The notes below the pieces were generated by a model that was not told the DNA's origin, ran no database searches, and saw only the letters and a list, made by a program, of their open reading frames with translations. A program made the translations under genes and the position numbers. From positions 1-64,000 of the IMG/VR virus record IMGVR_UViG_3300047400_000090: a stretch of 64,000 nt of DNA; one strand, given 5' to 3'. This document shows positions 44,812-51,010 of the stretch, in pieces. Source of the DNA: a virus. Lineage: Duplodnaviria; Caudoviricetes. How positions within the stretch are numbered: the first letter of the stretch is position 1; the number at the start of each line of letters is the position of its first letter.

Positions 44812-44993
44812 TTTGTCCTTAGTATCATGCCAGATCTCCATGGGATGGCGTCCCTATAGCACGAGGCCCACTCCACTAGAACACCATCTCTTGACTGAGT
44901 TGATGTCCAGATAGACTTAGCGGTTAGTGCCATGGTCCATAAATTGGCATAGGTAGAGTCTCTGGTGGTTAGCCCCTGCAGGTAACTCTTCAT
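44808..44993 (-). CDS. array-5 short ORF (MKSYLQGLTTRDS)
   Basis: TTRD...ASCY subfamily. Confidence 0.65.
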   Translation of the reverse strand: MKSYLQGLTTRDSTYANLWTMALTAKSIWTSTQSRDGVLVEWASCYRDAIPWRSGMILRTK

Positions 44994-45172
44994 ACGACCC
45001 TAGTGTGCATCCCTCTACGGCCTGCCGGAACCGACCTATAGCACGAGGCGAACTCAGCCACAATTCCATTGCCTGAAGAATATGAATTGAAGAAACTCCA
45101 TTGAAGATCAACAAGAGAACTATACACAATTTTAGAGTCTCTGTAGGTTATCGATCTAAGCCACTGCCTCAA
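44990..45172 (-). CDS. array-5 short ORF (MRQWLRSITYRDS)
   Basis: TTGA overlap; ASCY subfamily. Confidence 0.6.
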   Translation of the reverse strand: MRQWLRSITYRDSKIVYSSLVDLQWSFFNSYSSGNGIVAEFASCYRSVPAGRRGMHTRVV

Positions 45173-45441
45173 AATTCACCTACCTTGCTAGATCTCCAGC
45201 CAATCTTTGGGTAATAGTGCCATGCCATGCTGTCTGTTCTGGCGTAAGACGCCAAGACGCATCCATATAACCCATTCAAAATGCTAGCTTTACTCTGCAT
45301 TGAGACAAGTATCTTGCTTTGCTGTGTGACGCTCCCAGACAGATAGATCGTCGCCTTGGTAGTGGCACACCATACTGGAATCTCTCCCGTTGACCAGTAC
45401 CTGTGGCCAGCAAACGGTAATGCTGTAATCCAGTGTTTCAT
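45169..45441 (-). CDS. array-5 short ORF (MKHWITALPF)
   Basis: First ORF after internal promoter and palindrome. Confidence 0.6.
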   Translation of the reverse strand: MKHWITALPFAGHRYWSTGEIPVWCATTKATIYLSGSVTQQSKILVSMQSKASILNGLYGCVLASYARTDSMAWHYYPKIGWRSSKVGEF

Positions 45442-45445
45442 TACA

Positions 45446-45469
45446 GATTAGTCCAGTACTGGAGTGATT
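45446..45469. promoter_or_regulatory. dispersed palindrome copy
   Basis: GATTAGTCCAG-TA-CTGGAGTGATT, between promoter 45493 and start codon 45441. Confidence 0.85.
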
Positions 45470-45492
45470 CTGAGGTGCCAACCATAAGCTGA

Positions 45493-45521
45493 AGTATAGC
45501 CAGTTATTATCTACATGTCAA
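45493..45521 (-). promoter_or_regulatory. sigma70-like promoter inside array 5
   Basis: TTGACA-17bp-TATACT. Confidence 0.8.
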
Positions 45522-45523
45522 CC

Positions 45524-45646
45524 TTAATCACGTCCTGTCTTTACTGGAGGGAATAGAAACAGGAGTAAACATTCAAGAGAGCAGCACCGGATCGCAGCGT
45601 TGCTTATGCTGCTTCTGACTGGGCCGAAATAAAGATACGATCTCAC
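45524..45646 (-). CDS. array-5 short ORF (GTG start, MRSYLYFG)
   Basis: Manual translation, 40 aa. Confidence 0.4.
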   Translation of the reverse strand: MRSYLYFGPVRSSISNAAIRCCSLECLLLFLFPPVKTGRD

Positions 45647-45687
45647 GTCTATCGAGACAGGCTCTCATTGGTAATTACAATACTACC

Positions 45688-45861
45688 CTAGACATCAAAC
45701 TTTGGCAACCATTGCCACTCTAGGCTGGCATAGCTAGCCGCTCCGAATGGACTAGTTAGAGAGCTTGCGTTGGGAGCCACCCTGTGCGCTAAAACCCAGG
45801 ACATAATTTCGCAAGGGCCAGTGCCCCATACATGGCATGACGACATTAAGAAGTGTTTCAT
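45688..45861 (-). CDS. array-5 short ORF (MKHFLMSSCH)
   Basis: Manual translation, 57 aa; ATGA overlap. Confidence 0.55.
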   Translation of the reverse strand: MKHFLMSSCHVWGTGPCEIMSWVLAHRVAPNASSLTSPFGAASYASLEWQWLPKFDV

Positions 45862-46064
45862 AATACGTAGTACGGGAACCTGCCTTTAAAGGACGTATAG
45901 CAGCAATAGGCACCTAGTGACCCATTGCTGCCGTGCCTAGAGACAGTGCTAAGTAGTTCTATTCCAATTCCTGACTGATGGGCAGATGTAACCCATTTCT
46001 TATGCGCTCCCGGTATTCCCTTGCGGTAGTGCGGACTAACTAGTCCGATTAGGTATGGTTTCAT
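45858..46064 (-). CDS. array-5 short ORF (MKPYLIGL)
   Basis: ATGA overlap. Confidence 0.6.
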   Translation of the reverse strand: MKPYLIGLVSPHYRKGIPGAHKKWVTSAHQSGIGIELLSTVSRHGSNGSLGAYCCYTSFKGRFPYYVL

Positions 46065-46222
46065 AAGAATCTACTAGATCTAAACCACCAACCGGCTTGG
46101 CAGAATGATACCGCCTTACTGTCCCATCCTGGGTCTTCTAAGAACACCTGACGCAAATAAGTGCAGTACCTGTAGCACTTATTTGCGGTATCCATTACAG
46201 GGCAGTACATCCAGATCTTCAA
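46061..46222 (-). CDS. array-5 short ORF (TTG start, MKIWMYCP)
   Basis: Internal start of track ORF. Confidence 0.5.
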   Translation of the reverse strand: MKIWMYCPVMDTANKCYRYCTYLRQVFLEDPGWDSKAVSFCQAGWWFRSSRFL

Positions 46223-46224
46223 AG

Positions 46225-46410
46225 TCACCCCACCCTCTCCGCGTACACCTGCTCTTCCGCCGCCGAGAACCTGTGCCCGTCTCGAATAACCTTTACAGAG
46301 GCCCCGTTCGCCCATCCTTTGCCGGTAATACAATGAGACTCTATTTGAAATCCATCCATTGAACAAGTTTCGCTTGTTCTCATCCACGGTAAATACATCC
46401 AGGCTTTCAA
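46225..46410 (-). CDS. array-5 short ORF (TTG start, MKAWMYLP)
   Basis: TTGA overlap. Confidence 0.5.
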   Translation of the reverse strand: MKAWMYLPWMRTSETCSMDGFQIESHCITGKGWANGASVKVIRDGHRFSAAEEQVYAERVG

Positions 46411-46616
46411 TATGCCCTCCTTGGGAAGACTCTCATGGATCCTACGTGATGGGCGTGCTGTCGAGTAGGTTGACAGTACGCCCATGACTGTAGCCCAATA
46501 TTGTTTGTGTATGCTCTCGATAACATAGAGACACCCTCATGAAAGCCTCTTGCGGTTACCATTACACTTCGGGTTGACGGCTCATAGCCGTGGAATAGAG
46601 CCATGTAGACTTTCAT
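46407..46616 (-). CDS. array-5 short ORF (MKVYMALF)
   Basis: Internal ATG. Confidence 0.55.
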   Translation of the reverse strand: MKVYMALFHGYEPSTRSVMVTARGFHEGVSMLSRAYTNNIGLQSWAYCQPTRQHAHHVGSMRVFPRRAY

Positions 46617-46617
46617 C

Positions 46618-46800
46618 CTAGTCGGTATCCCAGTGGTAAAGTCTTTTCTTCCATAGCCTCTCATTGTTATCTATAACCAAATAAAGCAGCGAGGCCGCCA
46701 GAGCAAGCCATCGCCCTCTGGCCCTGCTCTTTCTGGCGTATAGGTTGAACCACTTGGCAGACTGCTCATGGCTCATAACGGTCATTAGGTAGGCTTTCAT
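46618..46800 (-). CDS. array-5 short ORF (MKAYLMTV...LWKKRLYHW)
   Basis: Shared LWKxRLYxW C-terminus. Confidence 0.6.
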   Translation of the reverse strand: MKAYLMTVMSHEQSAKWFNLYARKSRARGRWLALAASLLYLVIDNNERLWKKRLYHWDTD

Positions 46801-46985
46801 ACCTCGTGCAACCAGTGATACAGTCGATTTTTCCACAATTCATCACTTTTTATTGTGAATTGCTTAATTGATGCAGCAGTGGAATAGTAAGACGAGGATG
46901 CACTTTCGAAGGTGTACATTACCAATCCCTTACTTAGCAATTTCGTCCAGCTTGGGCCGATCCCGGTCATGTTATAAACTTTCAT
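46797..46985 (-). CDS. array-5 short ORF (MKVYNMTG...LWKNRLYHW)
   Basis: Shared LWKxRLYxW C-terminus. Confidence 0.6.
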   Translation of the reverse strand: MKVYNMTGIGPSWTKLLSKGLVMYTFESASSSYYSTAASIKQFTIKSDELWKNRLYHWLHEV

Positions 46986-46986
46986 G

Positions 46987-47154
46987 TTAGCCCCATCGGT
47001 ACAACCGCTCCTTCCATAGCTTCTTATCAGGCGGAACAAGACTAACTATCGATGGACTCATAACTGTCCACATTGCAATGGAGCTAATCCTTGTATACCA
47101 GCAAAAGCGGTCTGATATCATCTTCTCCGGCCCTGCCATGTTATAGACTTTCAT
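46987..47154 (-). CDS. array-5 short ORF (MKVYNMAG...LWKERLYRW)
   Basis: Shared LWKxRLYxW C-terminus. Confidence 0.6.
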   Translation of the reverse strand: MKVYNMAGPEKMISDRFCWYTRISSIAMWTVMSPSIVSLVPPDKKLWKERLYRWG

Positions 47155-47155
47155 T

Positions 47156-47347
47156 CTATCTCTCAAATCTCCCAGGGAAGTCAATAATAGCCTTGGCCCA
47201 GTGTGTAAATAACTGTCCACCATAAGCATAACTACAGGAGGTGGAGATGCAAGAAATTGGTAGATTGTAAGATGTTGCAGACAGCCGCATAGCCATGTGC
47301 CTACTAGTAACTACAAGGCCAGCCGGGAGAACCAAGTGCGATTTCAC
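47156..47347 (-). CDS. array-5 first ORF (GTG start, MKSHLVLP), probably leaderless
   Basis: GTG 7 nt after the -10 box. Confidence 0.5.
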   Translation of the reverse strand: MKSHLVLPAGLVVTSRHMAMRLSATSYNLPISCISTSCSYAYGGQLFTHWAKAIIDFPGRFER

Positions 47348-47354
47348 AAATCTA

Positions 47355-47383
47355 ATCTTATAGCTAGACGGATGGCCTGTCAA
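47355..47383 (-). promoter_or_regulatory. sigma70-like promoter driving array 5
   Basis: TTGACA-17bp-TAAGAT. Confidence 0.7.
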
Positions 47384-47389
47384 CTTGGA

Positions 47390-47398
47390 TGATATAAT
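47390..47398 (+). promoter_or_regulatory. extended -10 promoter, divergent, probably leaderless
   Basis: TG-A-TATAAT, ATG 5 nt downstream. Confidence 0.65.
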
Positions 47399-47403
47399 TA
47401 GGC

Positions 47404-47763
47404 ATGGCTAAAACGCCTAAGTATCTCTGCGACAACCCTAATCCCCATGTCCGCAGGAGATGCAAAGACTGCATCAGGATCTACAATAAACTCCACCTTG
47501 AGCGAAAGAAAGCCACTACCAAAGCCAGAAAAGAAGCCGCCAAGGCTCTCGGCCTAGATCGACTCCCTAGAATCAAGAAACCTAGAAAGATTACTACCCC
47601 ACGGCCAGTCTATAGAGACCTCATGGAAGAGTGGATTAGAATCAAGTCTCACATGGAGCTTAACCCCGAGGACAAGAGGATCCTAACCGGAGCCATTACC
47701 GAGGCAACCAAGGTGGATCTCTTGGATGAAATAGCGGCAGAATTTAGTCCAGTCCTGGAGTGA
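47404..47763 (+). CDS. basic hypothetical protein, possible nucleic-acid binder
   Basis: Lys/Arg-rich; C..H...CxxC; stop codon lies inside a palindrome copy. Confidence 0.6.
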   Translation: MAKTPKYLCDNPNPHVRRRCKDCIRIYNKLHLERKKATTKARKEAAKALGLDRLPRIKKPRKITTPRPVYRDLMEEWIRIKSHMELNPEDKRILTGAITEATKVDLLDEIAAEFSPVLE

Positions 47764-47765
47764 TT
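47742..47765. promoter_or_regulatory. dispersed palindrome copy
   Basis: ATTTAGTCCAG-TC-CTGGAGTGATT, spans a stop codon. Confidence 0.8.
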
Positions 47766-47811
47766 TAGACTCTTTGTTTTCAATAACTTAAGAAATAACA
47801 ATCCGCCCATC

Positions 47812-48276
47812 TTGGGGCGTGCTACCCTTCGTGTAGGAGTTTTAATGTCCCTATCCAAGGCAGACTTCAAGGCCACGACTAAGCGACTAGAGGCCTTAAT
47901 CCGAAAGTGGCACGTTCCCCTAGGACTACAGAAGTGGAGGGTCTGTTATAGTTACGACGATACTCCCCCTGCTATGGATGATGAAGAGTGGCAAAGAACC
48001 GCCTGCACCTCCTCTAAGTGGCAGTACCTAGAGGCAAGCATTAGCTTCAATATCGAAGCCTGCTCTGAGTTAAACGACAACGAGTTAGAAGAGGTATTTG
48101 TCCATGAGTGCTGTCACATTCTAGTGGCGGAGATGCATGGGGTTATCGATACGGAGCGAGAGTGGAGCAAAGAGCAGGTCGCCCACGAGGAGAGAGTGGT
48201 TGTTCAATTGGCTCGGGCTTTTATTGATGTAATGGATAGAGGTTGCAAGTTAAGCAAGATTAAGGTAGAGTCTTAA
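47812..48276 (+). CDS. HEXXH metallopeptidase-like protein
   Basis: FVHECCH; W...LGLQKW like 39918 paralog. Confidence 0.65.
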   Translation: MGRATLRVGVLMSLSKADFKATTKRLEALIRKWHVPLGLQKWRVCYSYDDTPPAMDDEEWQRTACTSSKWQYLEASISFNIEACSELNDNELEEVFVHECCHILVAEMHGVIDTEREWSKEQVAHEERVVVQLARAFIDVMDRGCKLSKIKVES

Positions 48277-48278
48277 TT

Positions 48279-48470
48279 ATGGACAACAACTCCGTCCCGG
48301 AAGAAACTCAACCACCGCAGCAAGTAGCGCCCTTTGACCTACCAGGACACTACTGGGTAGAAGATGAAAGCGTTCCCCGAGAGTGCCTCTTTCGGGGATT
48401 CAAGGATGCTGCCTCTAGGGCTCAGGTGATTTGTATGACCTGCAACTGTTCAAGGTGCTCTCCCCAATGA
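48279..48470 (+). CDS. Cys-rich small protein
   Basis: CMTCNCSRC. Confidence 0.5.
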   Translation: MDNNSVPEETQPPQQVAPFDLPGHYWVEDESVPRECLFRGFKDAASRAQVICMTCNCSRCSPQ

Positions 48471-48592
48471 AGACCACAAGATCGCCCAAGGGGCCGCAGG
48501 TGGTGTGGACGGTGGGACTTCTACTGGGGTGTGTAATTATTCCCTGGTGGCTGGTTTACTTAATTGTCAAATCTGTAGTAGGATTGTTCTAG
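48467..48592 (+). CDS. 41-aa membrane peptide
   Basis: Manual translation; hydrophobic VVWTVGLLLGCVIIPWWLVYLIV. Confidence 0.5.
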   Translation: MKTTRSPKGPQVVWTVGLLLGCVIIPWWLVYLIVKSVVGLF

Positions 48593-48593
48593 A

Positions 48594-48758
48594 ATGACTA
48601 AACAGCCTTGCGAGAAGTGCAATAAAAAGAGCGACTTACTGACCTATAGGGCCTCCGGGGTTGTTTTGCACCTATGCCCTACATGTCTAAATGAGTGGCT
48701 AAGCAAGAGAGACGCCGCCGTCAATGCCGCCTTCTGCGAGTGGACCAAGTCTAAATGA
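48594..48758 (+). CDS. 54-aa Zn-finger (CxxC...CxxC)
   Basis: Manual translation MTKQPCEKC...LCPTCL. Confidence 0.55.
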   Translation: MTKQPCEKCNKKSDLLTYRASGVVLHLCPTCLNEWLSKRDAAVNAAFCEWTKSK

Positions 48759-48934
48759 CACACCTCTTTGCCTGTGCCCTAGGAGACGAGCTAACCAATA
48801 AGACCCTTCGCTGGTGCTACCGCTGCCAGCAATGGATCTGTGAAATTGAGGATTGCTCCGCCCAAGAGTGTACTCCCTACGAACCGCCGTGCCACGTCTG
48901 TCAATGCTTCGATACTCAGGTTAATAAATGTTAA
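48755..48934 (+). CDS. 59-aa Cys-rich protein
   Basis: Manual translation; ATGA overlap. Confidence 0.5.
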   Translation: MTHLFACALGDELTNKTLRWCYRCQQWICEIEDCSAQECTPYEPPCHVCQCFDTQVNKC

Positions 48935-49152
48935 TCTTTTCAATCATCGCCTACTTCGTTATATCCGTCTGGTTCTACTTTGACGGTATCTTCAAGTGGC
49001 ACTATTGGGTTCAGATTAGGTCAGCAGCAGGCAGGGAGACCGCTCCTTTTGATTGGTCTGATAACTTTGCCATGTTTATGATGGCTCTGTTCTGGCCGCT
49101 TCAGGTCTTGGTTGAAGTAGTTATTAATCTGTATCATAACATTTTTCAATAA
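48928..49152 (+). CDS. small membrane protein
   Basis: Two hydrophobic segments, LFWPL. Confidence 0.6.
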   Translation: MLIFSIIAYFVISVWFYFDGIFKWHYWVQIRSAAGRETAPFDWSDNFAMFMMALFWPLQVLVEVVINLYHNIFQ

Positions 49153-49415
49153 TGCCTACCTACGAGTATAAGTGCGAAAGATGCGGCTATGGAGAAGAAG
49201 TCAAGATGCCCATAACCAGCTTCATCTCCGATGACCACTGGTGTCCAGAGTGCGGAAAGACCTTCGGCGAAGAGACTCTTGGATTTGGATTAAAGGAGCC
49301 GGGAGACCGGACACTTAAGCTGGTGGTTCATGCCCCTGCGATCAAGTTTAACGGAAAGGGATTTTATGTCAATGACTACCCATCAGGAAGTAAGCCTGCC
49401 AGTAGACGTAATTAA
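49152..49415 (+). CDS. FmdB-family zinc-ribbon protein
   Basis: MPTYEYKCERCG...CPECG...IKFNGKGFYVND. Confidence 0.85.
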   Translation: MPTYEYKCERCGYGEEVKMPITSFISDDHWCPECGKTFGEETLGFGLKEPGDRTLKLVVHAPAIKFNGKGFYVNDYPSGSKPASRRN

Positions 49416-49575
49416 GATTCTCGAAGACTTTGTCTCAAGGGTTGGTCCAGTTACCCTCTGGTCTGGAAAGGGCTGTTACCCAGGCAGAGCGGTCTCAATG
49501 CCTATCCCTAATGGCTTAAGGCCAGCCGCCGAGATGCTCTCCCGTAGTGCCTTCATTGAAAACTTAGGAAAGTAG
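49330..49575 (+). CDS. hypothetical protein
   Basis: Operon position; start uncertain. Confidence 0.4.
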   Translation: MPLRSSLTERDFMSMTTHQEVSLPVDVIKILEDFVSRVGPVTLWSGKGCYPGRAVSMPIPNGLRPAAEMLSRSAFIENLGK

Positions 49576-49648
49576 TTAAGTCTATTGCTATAATGGAGTT
49601 AACCAGGGAGTAGGTCTCCCAACTTACCCGACAACCGGGGATTCTTGG

Positions 49649-50317
49649 ATGGATCCCCGGCCCCTACAAGGAGGCAACGTGAAGTTAGACCAGACGACAC
49701 ATCGACTCCAGGATGGATGCTTCTTTCCAGAGAAGCAAGCAAAAGACCTACTCGTGCTACACTTTACCTCTGGCTATGGTGCAGCCTCCTCTATCTCTGG
49801 CTGGAACGCCGTAAAGAATGGTGTATCTACCCCGTACATTCTCGACCTAGATGGAACACTCTATGAGACTTATGACCCATCGTTGTGGTCGTATCACCTA
49901 GGGATCCCAGGATCCGACTCAGGGAACCATAAGCACGATAAGCGAAGCATCGGGCTAGAGATTGCAAATATTGGACCCCTTAAAAAAATAGGGAATGATC
50001 TCCTCTGCTGGCCGAAGAACTTTACCCAAAGGTACTGTTCTGCGTCCGATAAGGGGAGTTTTGTACAGAAATCCTACCGTGGATTTGACTACTATGCAGC
50101 CTTTACCGAGGCACAAAAGAAGGCTATCCCTGAGGCGGTAAAGATGATCTGTGATAAATTTGGCATACCCATGGTTATGCCACCCAAGGATAAGTGGTTG
50201 GAGTTTGACTTGCCGTACTACTCTAAGTGGAAAGGAATGTCCAATCACGGGAATTTTCGAGCCGACAAGTACGATTTAGGTCCAGCACTGGAGTATGATG
50301 AAATTTTAGCAGTTTAG
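49649..50317 (+). CDS. N-acetylmuramoyl-L-alanine amidase (endolysin)
   Basis: VLHFT, SIGLEI, HG...KYDLGP Amidase_2 motifs. Confidence 0.85.
   Translation: MDPRPLQGGNVKLDQTTHRLQDGCFFPEKQAKDLLVLHFTSGYGAASSISGWNAVKNGVSTPYILDLDGTLYETYDPSLWSYHLGIPGSDSGNHKHDKRSIGLEIANIGPLKKIGNDLLCWPKNFTQRYCSASDKGSFVQKSYRGFDYYAAFTEAQKKAIPEAVKMICDKFGIPMVMPPKDKWLEFDLPYYSKWKGMSNHGNFRADKYDLGPALEYDEILAV
50275..50298. promoter_or_regulatory. dispersed palindrome copy
   Basis: TTTAGGTCCAG-CA-CTGGAGTATGA, 3' end of amidase. Confidence 0.65.
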
Positions 50318-50354
50318 GCTAAACGCCGGAAAGGAGCGTGGTCCTAGTTGGTAT

Positions 50355-50392
50355 GGCTGTACCTGGGATAACCGGTGCAGCCTTTTGTTTTT
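50355..50392 (+). terminator. intrinsic terminator
   Basis: GGCTGTACC...GGTGCAGCC then TTTTGTTTTT. Confidence 0.65.
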
Positions 50393-50413
50393 GAATCAGA
50401 GAAAGGAGGTAGA

Positions 50414-50572
50414 ATGGCAAAACATCCAGGATTTAAGAAGGTTCAGGAGAAAATTGAGGCCAAGGAAGGCGTTTCAAAGAAGGCGGCAGGAGCAATCCTA
50501 GCCAGTGCGACTAGAAACGCCGGTAAAGCGGCCAAGGCTGCAAATCCTAACCTGAAAAGAGTTAAGGGCTAA
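50414..50572 (+). CDS. small basic phage protein (KHPGFKKVQ...GAILAS.TRNA)
   Basis: GGAGGT SD upstream; motif common in phages. Confidence 0.7.
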   Translation: MAKHPGFKKVQEKIEAKEGVSKKAAGAILASATRNAGKAAKAANPNLKRVKG

Positions 50573-50630
50573 TTTTTAGAGTAACTTACGGTTCTCTTGT
50601 GCAAAAATAGTAGGAGAGGACCGTAAGACT

Positions 50631-50993
50631 TTGATTGCAACAGCCAGTTTAATGACCCCTTGGGGCGCTGCCGATAAGGTAGGAACGTTAGCCATCTCCA
50701 ATAGCGCGTCTGGGGATACCACTCTAATTTCCGGCACATCTGGATCCTTTATTGTGGTCCTCGGAATGGTCCTTGTAGCCGCCGGAACCGTAGTAGTCAC
50801 CTTCAAGGACAGCACCCCTGCCACTATCTCTGGGCCTTTTACCATGGGAACAAGCACCGGTAATGTCGGTGACTGTTCTGTTAATGGTCTCCACTTCGCC
50901 TGCGGAGCGGGTAAGGATCTAGTTATGAATCTAGGTTCTGCGGTTAATGTAGGTGGACACTTAGTCTATGCCTTAGTCAAGGGCGGCCAGTAA
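50631..50993 (+). CDS. probable virion/tail-associated beta-rich protein
   Basis: Gly/Ser/Thr-rich, directly before the tail fibre. Confidence 0.55.
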   Translation: MIATASLMTPWGAADKVGTLAISNSASGDTTLISGTSGSFIVVLGMVLVAAGTVVVTFKDSTPATISGPFTMGTSTGNVGDCSVNGLHFACGAGKDLVMNLGSAVNVGGHLVYALVKGGQ

Positions 50994-51010
50994 CCTAAGG
51001 GGAGGGTAAA

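Noticed and set aside
43076-47347. CRISPR array or TIGR-type guide array
   Set aside because: Units are 120-270 bp open reading frames with divergent junctions, not constant repeats with uniform spacers; no cas or Nop-domain gene recognised
5153-47347. Micro-ORFs as fragments of long genes under stop-codon recoding
   Set aside because: Successive ORFs are in different frames via ATGA overlaps, and core genes are intact in the standard code, ending in TAA, TAG and TGA
43076-47347. RiPP precursor cluster
   Set aside because: No conserved leader or cleavage site and no LanM, YcaO, canonical radical SAM or transporter in the window; cannot be excluded for the rest of the genome
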